Both the position numbers and the translations under genes were made by a program. Below are positions 8,799-20,463 of a DNA stretch of 64,000 nt, in pieces (positions within the stretch are counted from its first letter, which is position 1; every line of letters starts with the position of its first letter). The notes below the pieces were generated by a model, which saw nothing but the letters and a program-made list of their open reading frames with translations, made no database searches and was not told the origin of the DNA. Origin of the DNA: Candidatus Oxydemutatoraceae bacterium. Lineage in GTDB: Bacteria > Pseudomonadota > Gammaproteobacteria > Poriferisulfidales > Oxydemutatoraceae. The stretch covers positions 832,001 through 896,000 of the forward strand of contig CBDCOZ010000003.1 in assembly GCA_965220085.1 (NCBI GenBank), in the 5' to 3' direction.

Positions 8799-9551
8799 TT
8801 GAAAGAATCTTTTATCTCACAAGGCAATTGCCACATTCTGTATGATGGCGACGAAGCCTTTGATCCGTCATGGTTTAGTCGGGACACGCTGGAGCAAAAA
8901 GCGATGTTAAGCGGCGAAGCCCCGGCGGGTCGCGCGTCCGCATTGTTTTTTCAAGCGGACGGAACGGAGTATTTGCTCAAGGCGTATCACCGCGGCGGCT
9001 TGTGCGGAAAGTTTGTCAAGCAGTCGTATCTCTATGCCGGCACAGCGCGCACGCGCGCGTTTGCCGAGTGGCGCGCGCTCGCATACCTGCGCGGCAAAGG
9101 CTTGCCGGCGCCGCGACCGCTTGCCGCCGCTTGCTACCGCCGCGGCGCTTTCTATAGCGCGCACCTGATTACCCAAAGCTGCCGTCCGGCGATGCCGCTA
9201 TCGCAATACCTTGCGGGTAACCCCGTGTCCGACGACGGTTGGGCGGAACTGGGAAAAGTGTTGCATCATTTGCACCTTGCCGGTGTTCTGCACCCCGACC
9301 TCAATGCCCACAACATCTTGTACGACAAGAAGAAAAAGCGATTCTGGCTGATCGATTTTGACCGCAGCAAGATCAAGTCGGTGGATTTGACCTACTACGC
9401 CCAGCATGTGAATCTGGCCCGCCTACGCCGTTCGCTGGAGAAACTCGCCGCCCAAGCGCCGTCTTTCCATTACACGGCGAGTTGTTTTGATCGCCTGAGC
9501 GAAGGCTACGCCAGCATCACCGACGAAGCCGATACATTACTGCTTGCATAA
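8799..9551 (+). CDS. kdkA: 3-deoxy-D-manno-octulosonic acid kinase
   Basis: [28 protein letters not shown]; TTG start at 8799 after AAGGA is inferred (ORF opens at 8715). Confidence 0.88.
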   Translation: MKESFISQGNCHILYDGDEAFDPSWFSRDTLEQKAMLSGEAPAGRASALFFQADGTEYLLKAYHRGGLCGKFVKQSYLYAGTARTRAFAEWRALAYLRGKGLPAPRPLAAACYRRGAFYSAHLITQSCRPAMPLSQYLAGNPVSDDGWAELGKVLHHLHLAGVLHPDLNAHNILYDKKKKRFWLIDFDRSKIKSVDLTYYAQHVNLARLRRSLEKLAAQAPSFHYTASCFDRLSEGYASITDEADTLLLA

Positions 9552-10415
9552 AGCGTCGATTCGCTCCGCATAGCGGGCGGCGATATCCGATTGTTGTGCG
9601 ACGTGTGCCAGCGCATTGGCCGCCGCTTCTGCGCAGGCTGCTTCGATCGCCTGAGCGAAGGCTACGCCAGCATCACCGACGAAGCCGATACATTACTGCT
9701 TGCATAAAGCGTCGATTCGCTCCGCATAGCGGGCGGCGATATTCGATTGTTGTGCGACATGTGCCAGCGCATTGGCCGCCGCTTCTGCGCAGCTTGCTTT
9801 GATTGCCTGAGCGAAGGCTATGCCAGCATCACCGCCGAAGCCGATACATTACTGCTTGCATAAAGCGTCGATTCGCTCCGCATAGCGGGCGGCGATATCC
9901 GATTGTTGTGCGACATGTGCCAGCGCATTGGCCGCCGCTTCTGCGCAGGCTGCTTCGATCGCCTGAGCGAAGGCTACGCCAGCATCACCGACGAAGCCGA
10001 TACATTACTGCTTGCATAAAGCGTCGATTCGCTCCGCATAGCGGGCGGCGATATTCGATTGTTGTGCGACATGTGCCAGCGCATTGGCCGCCGCTTCTGC
10101 GCAGCTTGCTTTGATTGCCTGAGCGAAGGCTATGCCAGCATCACCGCCGAAGCCGATACATTACTGCTTGCATAAAGCGTCGATTCGCTCCGCATAGCGG
10201 GCGGCGATATTCGATTGTTGTGCGACATGTGCCAGCGCATTGGCCGCCGCTTCTGCGCAGGCTGCTTCGATCGCCTGAGCGAAGGCTACGCCAGCATCAC
10301 CGACGAAGCCGATACATTACTGCTTGCATAAAGCGTCGATTCGCTCCGCATAGCGGGCGGCGATATCCGATTGTTGTGCGACATGTGCCAGCGCATTGGC
10401 CGCCGCTTCTGCATA
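9489..10415. repeat. Convergent-junction tandem array, 6 x 156 bp
   Basis: Units start 9489, 9645, 9801, 9957, 10113, 10269; each holds the overlapping kdkA and waaA 3' ends. Confidence 0.95.
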
Positions 10416-11549
10416 GGCCGTTTCAACTTTTGCCGCTGTCGCAAAGACGGCGGAGAGTTCATCGGCATCGTTGACGATCAGCAATGCATCTTTCTCCGCG
10501 AGGTCTCGCGCTTCTTCTTGCACATTATCCAGATGCGGCCCGGTGACTTGCGGTGCGCCCAGCCGCGCCGCTTCCAACAAATTATGCCCGCCTTTGCCGA
10601 CCAGCGAGCCGCCGAGAAATACCAGCCGCGCATGTTTCATCAGGGCATCCAACTGCCCGATGGAATCATACAGGCAGACATCAACATCTTGGGTCTGCCC
10701 GCCCGCCTGACTGTGCAATGCGACGCGCAAGCCCGCGCGCCGCAACGTGCGCGCAATTTTTGCGCTGCGCTCGATATGGCGCGGGGCGATGACGAGCAAC
10801 AAGCCGTTTGTCGAAGCGCGCCGCCATGCTTGCGCCGCCAGCGACTCTTCGTTGTCGTGGGTCGAGGCGGCGAGGCAATACGGCCTCCCGATTAAATTGG
10901 GCAAGGCCTTTGACAACACGGGCGGGGCGTATTTCAGGTTGCCGACCGTTTCCGCTTTTTCTGTTGCGCACAAAGAGGCGTATGCGGCCCGGTCGCGTTC
11001 GTTGCGCGCCAAGATCGCGGTGACGTCCCGCAGGCTGCGCCGCAGGTAGCCGCGTATCAGGCGGCGGCAGCGCAGCGTTTTTTGTGACAGGCGCGCATTG
11101 ACGATCAGCAAAGGGATATGGCGCGCGCCGCACTCGCGGTATAAGTTGAGCCAGATCTCGGTCTCAATGATCAACGCGCAACGCGGGCGCACTCGGTCAA
11201 GAAATTTTTTGCACAGGGACGGGTAGTCAAGAGGCAGGTAACAGTGGCTTGTGTTGGGCGGCGCTTCCTGTTCGTATAGCCGCCCCGAAGCGGCCGTCGC
11301 GGTGGTGAAAAGGATATGCTGTTGCGGGTGTTTTTTATGCCATGCGCGCGCCAGCGCCAAGCCCATCCGCAGTTCGCCGACGGAGGCGCAATGTATCAAA
11401 ACGGGCGCTGCGGGCGGTGTCGGCAAGCGCCTGCCGAAGCGTTGCGGGAAATGACGGGAGCAGCGGTGTTTTACGCTGTGCGCGGCGGTAATCAGAAGGG
11501 CGACGGGCGCTGCGAGCCAAAGCAGCGCGCGGTATGCCGGGACGATCAT
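10317..11549 (-). CDS. waaA: Kdo transferase
   Basis: IHCASVGE, YLPLDYP, IETEIW, NARLS, ASTH, APRH, GGHNLLEAA. Confidence 0.93.
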   Translation of the reverse strand: MIVPAYRALLWLAAPVALLITAAHSVKHRCSRHFPQRFGRRLPTPPAAPVLIHCASVGELRMGLALARAWHKKHPQQHILFTTATAASGRLYEQEAPPNTSHCYLPLDYPSLCKKFLDRVRPRCALIIETEIWLNLYRECGARHIPLLIVNARLSQKTLRCRRLIRGYLRRSLRDVTAILARNERDRAAYASLCATEKAETVGNLKYAPPVLSKALPNLIGRPYCLAASTHDNEESLAAQAWRRASTNGLLLVIAPRHIERSAKIARTLRRAGLRVALHSQAGGQTQDVDVCLYDSIGQLDALMKHARLVFLGGSLVGKGGHNLLEAARLGAPQVTGPHLDNVQEEARDLAEKDALLIVNDADELSAVFATAAKVETAYAEAAANALAHVAQQSDIAARYAERIDALCKQ

Positions 11550-11571
11550 GTTCTGCCGGGCGCCGGGCGCG

Positions 11572-12954
11572 CTACCTGAGCCATTCGTTGATACGTTGGA
11601 TATCGGTTTCCGCAAGTTGGCCGGAAGCGCGTTTCATACGCAAGGTATCCAGTATGTATTCGTGGCGCGTATCGGCATAGTTGTTTTTCGCTTCAAAGAG
11701 TTCCTCGATCGCAAGCAGCACATCCACCGACGAGCGCTTGCCGACCTCAAATCCGGCCACATTGGACTCGTAAGATACCTGCGCCGCTTCCTGTGCTCTG
11801 GCGAACGCGGCGATGCGGCTGATGTCGGTTATCACGTTGAGGTAGGTTTCCCGCATGTTTTGCTCGGTCTCTCGGTGCGTCTGCTCCAACTCTTCCAATG
11901 CCGAGTTGTAGTCGTGCACCGCTTGCCTGGAACGATAGTATGTGTCGCCGCCGGAAAATATCGGCACCTCAAGTTCCACCCCGATTTCATTGCCTCTTGA
12001 GGTGTTGGGCGAAGGCCCGCCTTTGACATCTCTCTCGCTATGCGTGGCGTAGAGGCCTATGCTCGGAAAATACCCCGACTGCTGTTGTTTGATCTCATCG
12101 GCGGCGATGGCCGCAGTAATTTTTTGCGCCAGCAAGGCGAGGTTTTTCTCCAGCGCGACAGAGACCCACGATTCGGGATTTTCCGGCGACGGTTTGAGTG
12201 TCGGTATCTGTTCTGCCAACGGCGCGATGCTTGTGATATCACGCTTGACGATCAACTCCAGCGCCAGTTTCCTGATGCGCAAAGTGTTTTCGGCCGCCAG
12301 CGCATCGGCGACCGCCAACTCATAAGCGGTTTGGGCTTTTTTGCTATCGGTAATATCGCCGAGCCCCAGCCGCAACCGCTGTTGCGCATGGTCAAACTGT
12401 CTTTTCACCGTGTCCTTTCGGGCATCGGCAAACTCTCTGTTCGTTTGCGCCGACAACACTCCGAAGTACGCTTCCGCCAACCTGATCATCAGCTCTTGTC
12501 GCGCCGCCTCCAGTTCCAGCAAGGCGCGTTCCGCTTCGGACTTTGATTGGTTCAGCTCAATGTAGTAGTCGCGTCTGAACAGCGTTTGCGTGACGCTGAT
12601 CGCATGGCTTTCCACGTTGTAATCGGAGAAATCGGTCTCTCCGGCATTGCCGGATCGGAATATGTTGCCGCGTATTTTCTGGTCGGTTAAGCGCCGACGG
12701 TCGGCTGTCAGTTTGATTTGCGGCAACAGTCTGGAGCGGCTGATCTCCGGTCGCAGGGCGGCCGCTTCGTATCGCTCTTTGCTTGCGCGGAAGCGGTTAT
12801 CGTTTTCCAAAGCGAGCGCATAGAGTTGGTGCAGGTTCGCCGCCCCGAGCGCCGCGGTCTGTGCCCGGCTCGCGCCGTATGGCAGCAGGCACAGTATCAA
12901 TACGCCAACGCCGACATAGCGGCGGCACAGCGTTCGCTCGCGCCGCTCAGACAT
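11572..12954 (-). CDS. tolC: TolC family outer-membrane efflux protein
   Basis: LYALALEND, RLAEAYFGVL, VPIFSGG, FEVGKRSSVDVL; rhodanese-tolC-waaA synteny; start approximate. Confidence 0.88.
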   Translation of the reverse strand: MSERRERTLCRRYVGVGVLILCLLPYGASRAQTAALGAANLHQLYALALENDNRFRASKERYEAAALRPEISRSRLLPQIKLTADRRRLTDQKIRGNIFRSGNAGETDFSDYNVESHAISVTQTLFRRDYYIELNQSKSEAERALLELEAARQELMIRLAEAYFGVLSAQTNREFADARKDTVKRQFDHAQQRLRLGLGDITDSKKAQTAYELAVADALAAENTLRIRKLALELIVKRDITSIAPLAEQIPTLKPSPENPESWVSVALEKNLALLAQKITAAIAADEIKQQQSGYFPSIGLYATHSERDVKGGPSPNTSRGNEIGVELEVPIFSGGDTYYRSRQAVHDYNSALEELEQTHRETEQNMRETYLNVITDISRIAAFARAQEAAQVSYESNVAGFEVGKRSSVDVLLAIEELFEAKNNYADTRHEYILDTLRMKRASGQLAETDIQRINEWLR

Positions 12955-13270
12955 AGCAGGGCACGCTGGCATCTGTTTCTTTGCTCCAGGCATCGATGCC
13001 GCCGGCAAGGTTGATGACATCGCGGAAACCGTTTTGCTCCAAAAGCAACCCGGCGGTCCGGCTGCGTATGCCGTGATGGCAGATGACTGCGGTCGTCTCA
13101 TGCGGGTTGAGCTCGTTGAGCCGGTGCGGCAATTGTCCGAGCGGAATCAATTTTGCATCTTTGATGTGCGCAATGTCAAACTCCCATTGCTCCCTGACAT
13201 CAAGCAACACAAGACGATTGTCGCCGGCTTCGATCTTTTCTTTCAGTTCGGATGGTGTAAAATTCCGCAT
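12947..13270 (-). CDS. Rhodanese-like sulfurtransferase
   Basis: LLDVREQWE, ICHHGIRS, NLAGGIDAW. Confidence 0.9.
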   Translation of the reverse strand: MRNFTPSELKEKIEAGDNRLVLLDVREQWEFDIAHIKDAKLIPLGQLPHRLNELNPHETTAVICHHGIRSRTAGLLLEQNGFRDVINLAGGIDAWSKETDASVPCYV

Positions 13271-13304
13271 AACTAGGCGCATCAAGGTGAAGCAGGTATT
13301 ATAG

Positions 13305-15185
<1,881 letters not shown>

Positions 15186-15226
15186 CAGCTGCGGCCTGCC
15201 CGACAACGCCTCTGCGATTTGAAACC

Positions 15227-17050
15227 ATGACTCCGAGTGTCCGCTGCTTGGCCCTGTGCCTTGTGTGTGTTTTGTATGCCCCCGCAGCTTTGGCCGACCC
15301 GATAGAGCGGCTTGTCGTCACCGGCAGCAAACTGCCGCGCACCGGCGCCGACATCAGCGAAAGCGCGACGATCATCACCGCCGATGAGATTGAGCGTTAT
15401 CGATACCGCAATCTCGGCGAGGCCTTGCGCGCGGTTCCCGGCCTGCATGTTTCCGCTTCCGGCGGGTTGGGCGCGCAGACATCGGTGTTTATGCGCGGCA
15501 GCGAGTCCGACCATGTGCTCGTGATGATCGACGGTGTCAAAGTCAGCGACCCCGCGAGCGGCGGCCTGTTTGAATTTTCCGAATTGTTGTTATCCAACGT
15601 CGAGCGAATAGAAATCCTCCGCGGCGGACACGGCGCGCAATACGGTTCGGAAGCGCTGGGCGGCGTCATTCACGTCATCACGCGCCGCTCGCAATCGGAC
15701 ACCCGCCTGTTGCTTGAGCGCGGGTCGTTTAACGGCAGAAGAGCGGCGGTATCGTCCGGGCAAGAAGGGCCGATCGAGTTCTCGCTCGGGGCGTCCTATT
15801 TGAAAACGGACGGCGAGAGTGTTACGCCGCGGCGGTTGCGCGGGGGAGCGCGGGAAGAGCGCGACGGTTATCGCGATGCGGCGGTCAACCTCAATCTCGG
15901 TTTTCCCGTCGGCGATGCGCTGCAAGCCGATGTTCGCTCGGAGTACATTGAGCGGGAAGCGGACTATGACGCCGCTTCCGCCCCGTTTGAAGACCGCTCC
16001 TTGCGCGACTCCTCTTATAGCAAGCGCAGCAGTTTGCTCCTGTCGGGAGATTATCTCGACGGTTTCTGGCAACCGTCGTGGCAATTGAGCCGCTATGTCA
16101 GAGCGCATCACGCCGGCGACCGCAGCCGCGGCGAGCGGCTTGACATGGCGTGGAACAACGTGCTGCGCGCCGGCAAGCGCTGGAGCGTGGCCATCGGCGG
16201 CGAAAGCGAGTTGGAACGTTTGCGCATAGAAGACAGCCTCAGCGCGCGCGCGCGGACGCGCTCGCTATACGGCGAAGTGCGCTTCGCGCCTGCCGACAGC
16301 GTTCGCCTGAGTTATGGCTTGCGCAACGACGACGCGGATGATTTTGCCGCCAAGCGCAGCGGTCACGCCGGCCTCGTGTGGCGGGCGGACGACACCCTGA
16401 TTGTGCGCGCCGATTACGCGACCGCTTTTAAGGCGCCGTCGTTGAGCGATCGCTTCCGCGATTTTCCCGCGTTCGGTTTCTTTGCCAATCCGCGCCTGAA
16501 ACCGGAGACCAACCGCCACTGGCAGATCGGTTTTGAAAACTCCCTGCGGGATTGGCAGTTCGGCGCCGCCTATTTCCGCAACAGGATACGCGATTTGATA
16601 GAGGCGGACTTTGCGCTCGGGACGCTGATCAACCGAAACGGGGCAACGATCGAAGGGGTTGAGAGCTTCCTCGGTTGGGAGGCAACGGATGCGCTATCGT
16701 TGCGTTTGGATTACAGCCTGATGAGCCCGTACGACGATCAGCGCCGGCGCCTGTTGCGTCGCCCCGGCCGCAAACTCTCGTTCAGAGCGGACGCCTCCTT
16801 GTGGTCCGACATTGACCTTAGTCTGCGCTTGGAATACACCGGTCGGCGGTCGGACATAGACCGGATAACGTTTGCGCCCGAGCGGGTCGGCGGCTACACG
16901 CTGGCGTATCTGGACCTGCGCAAGGAAGTGGCGCAAGACATCGCGTTGTTCATCGGCGCGGACAACCTGTTTGACAAGCGCTATGAACCGGTCAGCGGCT
17001 ATGCCGGGCGCGGGATGGAACTCAATGTCGGGGTTGCGGTCAATTTTTAG
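15227..17050 (+). CDS. btuB: TonB-dependent receptor, BtuB-like
   Basis: TonB box LVVTG, plug FMRGSESDHVLVMIDGV, YGSEALGGVI, C-terminal Phe; convergent with btuF-like gene. Confidence 0.8.
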   Translation: MTPSVRCLALCLVCVLYAPAALADPIERLVVTGSKLPRTGADISESATIITADEIERYRYRNLGEALRAVPGLHVSASGGLGAQTSVFMRGSESDHVLVMIDGVKVSDPASGGLFEFSELLLSNVERIEILRGGHGAQYGSEALGGVIHVITRRSQSDTRLLLERGSFNGRRAAVSSGQEGPIEFSLGASYLKTDGESVTPRRLRGGAREERDGYRDAAVNLNLGFPVGDALQADVRSEYIEREADYDAASAPFEDRSLRDSSYSKRSSLLLSGDYLDGFWQPSWQLSRYVRAHHAGDRSRGERLDMAWNNVLRAGKRWSVAIGGESELERLRIEDSLSARARTRSLYGEVRFAPADSVRLSYGLRNDDADDFAAKRSGHAGLVWRADDTLIVRADYATAFKAPSLSDRFRDFPAFGFFANPRLKPETNRHWQIGFENSLRDWQFGAAYFRNRIRDLIEADFALGTLINRNGATIEGVESFLGWEATDALSLRLDYSLMSPYDDQRRRLLRRPGRKLSFRADASLWSDIDLSLRLEYTGRRSDIDRITFAPERVGGYTLAYLDLRKEVAQDIALFIGADNLFDKRYEPVSGYAGRGMELNVGVAVNF

Positions 17051-17514
17051 GCCGGCTTCTGATGCGCGTTATCTCCCGGCAAACATATGCGGCGCTGTCG
17101 AGCAAGCGCAAGGAAGTAGCGCAAGGTGTCGCGTTGTTCATCAGCGCGGACAATCTGTTTGACGAACATTATGAACCGGCTATGAACCGGTCAGCGGCTA
17201 TGCCGGGCGCGGGATGGAACTCAATGTCGGGGTTGCGGTCAATTTTTAGGCCGGTTTCTGATGCGCGTTATCTCCCGGCAAACATATGCGGCGCTGTCGA
17301 GCAAGCGCAAGGAAGTAGCGCAAGGTGTCGCGTTGTTCATCAGCGCGGACAATCTGTTTGACGAACATTATGAACCGGCTATGAACCGGTCAGCGGCTAT
17401 GCCGGGCGCGGGATGGAACTCAATGTCGGGCTTGCGGTCAATTTTTAGGCCGGCTTCTGATGCGCGTTATCTCCCGGCAAACATATGCGGCGCTATCGAG
17501 CAAGCGCAAGGAAG
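16918..17514. repeat. Convergent-junction tandem array, 3 copies (periods 188/199 bp)
   Basis: Units start 16918, 17106, 17305; bounded by 11-bp direct repeat GCGCAAGGAAG at 16918 and 17504. Confidence 0.95.
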
Positions 17515-18343
17515 GGCGCTGCAAGGTATCGGGGGCGGCATAGATGGTCGGAATCGGGCGACCGAACAACGACAGCGACAGCTCCGAGTCAAACGTCTCA
17601 CGGATGCTCTGAATCATCAGGTCGGTTTCGGCGGCGAACAAAAACTCGCGGTCGATGACCGGCGCGTGTGCGCCGCTACCGCTGTAGATATTGTTGCCCC
17701 CGCACATCTCGATCGTTTGCGATATCCAACTGCGGCGCGTCACCGTCATCGGCGGCGGGTTCCACAGCAGATAGAACACCTTTAGTCGCGGCCCCGCCGG
17801 CACGCTTTCTTGCAGCCGGGTCATGTCATCCGTGAAGCGGGCGCTCAGGCGCCGGGCTGTGTCCCGATGACCGCTCAACGCGCCGATCGCTTCCAGATTC
17901 GCGGCGATATCCGCGAACTCGGACGGGTCGGACACATAGACAGGGCCGATCGCGCGCAAGTTTTTAAGCATGCCGGGTCGCATCGCCGCAGCCCACGCCA
18001 ATATCAAATCGGGCTTGAGCAACGTCAGCAATTCGTAATTGACCGACCGGTAATCGGACACTTTTGCGATGTGCCGAACTTGCGCCGGATAGTCACAGTG
18101 TTCGGACACGCCGACCAACTGCCCTTGTGCGCCCGCCGAGAACGCCAACTCAGTCAAGTGCGGCGCGAGCGACACGATCCTTTGTGCCGGTCGGGCAAGT
18201 GTCAGCGCCGCGCCGCTGTCGTCGGTTATCGTGATGTCGTCGGCCAGCGAATATGCCGGCAACGCGCCGCAAGCCGCCTGCAAAAGCACAAAAAGCAAAC
18301 CATATATATGGCGGGTTTTATCGCCGTGTGTTTTCATAGCCAC
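17438..18343 (-). CDS. btuF: Cobalamin/metal periplasmic binding protein, BtuF-like
   Basis: RIVSLAPHLTELAF, VGVSEHCDYP, CGGNNI, LQRPSLRL. Confidence 0.82.
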   Translation of the reverse strand: MAMKTHGDKTRHIYGLLFVLLQAACGALPAYSLADDITITDDSGAALTLARPAQRIVSLAPHLTELAFSAGAQGQLVGVSEHCDYPAQVRHIAKVSDYRSVNYELLTLLKPDLILAWAAAMRPGMLKNLRAIGPVYVSDPSEFADIAANLEAIGALSGHRDTARRLSARFTDDMTRLQESVPAGPRLKVFYLLWNPPPMTVTRRSWISQTIEMCGGNNIYSGSGAHAPVIDREFLFAAETDLMIQSIRETFDSELSLSLFGRPIPTIYAAPDTLQRPSLRLLDSAAYVCREITRIRSRPKN

Positions 18344-18445
18344 CGATGTTTCCGTATCCGCCGATAAGTCGGCGGCTGATATTGTGGCACAATAGGCGGG
18401 TTACTTGCGGTCTTACTTACATTTGCACTCCATCTGGCTTTCCCC

Positions 18446-20362
18446 ATGTCGCGTATCCTGTTTTTTTGCTTGCTTCTCGCTTCGCACCTCGCCGTTGCCG
18501 CCGACGATCTGGCCGCCAAGCGCGACCTGTTCCAACGGGTGGAGCACGACCTCAAGCGCGGTGTGCGCAGTTCTTATCTCAACACCCGCGATGTGCTGCA
18601 AGACTACCCGCTGTATCCCTACTTGGCGTATCGCGATGCCCGCCGCCGGATTGCAAAAATATCGGACGAGACAGTCATCGGCTTGGTGCGCCAATATGAC
18701 GACAGTGTCATTTCTCACCACCTGCGCTACCAATGGTTGCGCCATCGCATTCGCATCGGGCGGCGGACTATCGCTCCCGAATATTACGTCCCAAGCCCGT
18801 ATCTGATCGACGATGCGATGCCGTGTCATCACGCCCGCGCCCTGATTCGGCACGACAGAGCGCAGGAAGCGCGCGAGCGGATTCTCGCATTGTGGCTGGT
18901 CAATTTCTCGCAGCCGGCGGCGTGCGATCCGGTCTTTAAGCACGGCAAAGACAACGGCATCATCGGCGATGACGAGATTTGGAAACGCATATTGCTCGTT
19001 GCCGAAAAACGCCGGATCGGCCTTGCGGATTATCTGGCGCGCGGATTGAGCGCCCGCCTCAAGCCCCATTACCGTTTGTTGAAGCGAGCCTATCACAACC
19101 CTTTGCGCATCCTGTCCCAAACCGATGCGGATTTTTTCCGTTCGCCGTATCGGCGCGATGTTTTCTTGTACGCGATCAAAAGAGAGAGCAAAAAGAATTT
19201 TGCGCGCGCCGCGAAGATATGGGAGAGCGCGCGACCGCATACCGGCGGCTATGCCTCTTTCCAAGACAGCGCGCGCCACAGTCTGGGGTTGTTCGCAGCC
19301 CTCCGCCTGGAGTCCGAGCGCGCTTACCGCTATCTGTCGCGCCTGTCGCCGGCGGCGCACACGCCGGAGTCACAGTACTGGCTGATTCGTTCGGCATTGC
19401 GCTTATACGACTGGAACGCCGTCTTGCGCGGTATCGACGCATTGCCCGACGACAAACAATCGCAGCCGCAATGGATGTACTGGCGCGCCCGTGCGCTCGC
19501 CCAGACCGGGCGCCGCGAACACGCCCGCGGCATATGGCGGCGGCTCGCCCAATCCGCCAACTATTACGGTTATCTCGCGGCAGATCGCATCGGCGCGCCG
19601 TATCGCTTGGAGCAATCCGCGCCCGCGCATACCCGCCGCTCGCTCCAAGAGACGGAGAACTTGCCGGCGGTTCGGCGCATCCGGGAATTCGTCATCCTCA
19701 AGCGCTGGTTTGACGCCAGACGCGAGATGAACTATCTGGTCGAGCGGCTCGACAAATCGCAACGAACACGGCTGGCCGTGTTGTGTCAGCGCTGGGATTG
19801 GAGCAGCGGTGTCGTGCAGGCGCTGGCGACCGATGCTTTTCAAGGCGAGACCGACCTGCGCTTTCCGATGCCATGGCGCAAACTGGTGACACAGGAGGCC
19901 GACCGCAGCGGCCTGCCCGAGCACTGGCTGTACGGCGTGATGCGCCGCGAAAGCGCGTTTATGCCGCAGATAAAATCGCCGGCGGGAGCGATCGGCGTCA
20001 TGCAGTTGATGCCGGCAACGGCGCGCAGCGTTGCCAAGCGCTTGCGCCTGCGCCCGCCGTCAAAGGCGCGTCTGACAGACAAAAAACTGAATTTGAGGCT
20101 CGGCGCCTCTCACCTGTCCCGTCTCTACAAGAGGAACAACAAGCATCTGCCGCTGAGTCTGGCCGCTTACAACGCCGGGCCGGCGCGGGTTAAAACGTGG
20201 TTGCGGCAGACGCCGGTACGGGATGCCGATATATGGGTTGATACCATCCCGTTTGACGAAACGCGGCTCTATGTGCGCGCCGTCCTGTTTTATGCGACCG
20301 TCTATCAGTACAAGTTGCAAGCGCGCGCCGACCGTCTCAAGACCTTGCTGTCGATTCATTGA
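18446..20362 (+). CDS. slt: Soluble lytic murein transglycosylase
   Basis: YPLYPYL, YWRARA, RRESAF, GAIGVMQLMPATA, AAYNAGP, IPFDETRLYV. Confidence 0.93.
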   Translation: MSRILFFCLLLASHLAVAADDLAAKRDLFQRVEHDLKRGVRSSYLNTRDVLQDYPLYPYLAYRDARRRIAKISDETVIGLVRQYDDSVISHHLRYQWLRHRIRIGRRTIAPEYYVPSPYLIDDAMPCHHARALIRHDRAQEARERILALWLVNFSQPAACDPVFKHGKDNGIIGDDEIWKRILLVAEKRRIGLADYLARGLSARLKPHYRLLKRAYHNPLRILSQTDADFFRSPYRRDVFLYAIKRESKKNFARAAKIWESARPHTGGYASFQDSARHSLGLFAALRLESERAYRYLSRLSPAAHTPESQYWLIRSALRLYDWNAVLRGIDALPDDKQSQPQWMYWRARALAQTGRREHARGIWRRLAQSANYYGYLAADRIGAPYRLEQSAPAHTRRSLQETENLPAVRRIREFVILKRWFDARREMNYLVERLDKSQRTRLAVLCQRWDWSSGVVQALATDAFQGETDLRFPMPWRKLVTQEADRSGLPEHWLYGVMRRESAFMPQIKSPAGAIGVMQLMPATARSVAKRLRLRPPSKARLTDKKLNLRLGASHLSRLYKRNNKHLPLSLAAYNAGPARVKTWLRQTPVRDADIWVDTIPFDETRLYVRAVLFYATVYQYKLQARADRLKTLLSIH

Positions 20363-20463
20363 GCGCGCTTCGTCGGCTGCGCAAGATGCGCAAGCGAGCA
20401 TTACCGCCGCATAACAGCCGGTGCGGGAGGTTTATTCCCCGTTTGCAAGTTGCGAAGGCGGTT

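Noticed and set aside
9489-10415. CRISPR array interpretation of this and the other tandem arrays
   Set aside because: Units are contiguous near-identical copies of flanking gene ends with no unique spacers, and there are no cas genes
9596-10474. Repeated ORFs inside the arrays (also 6381-6772, 17062-17785, 30035-30443, 62682-63641)
   Set aside because: By-products of duplicated gene ends read through unit joints; no RBS or independent coding signal
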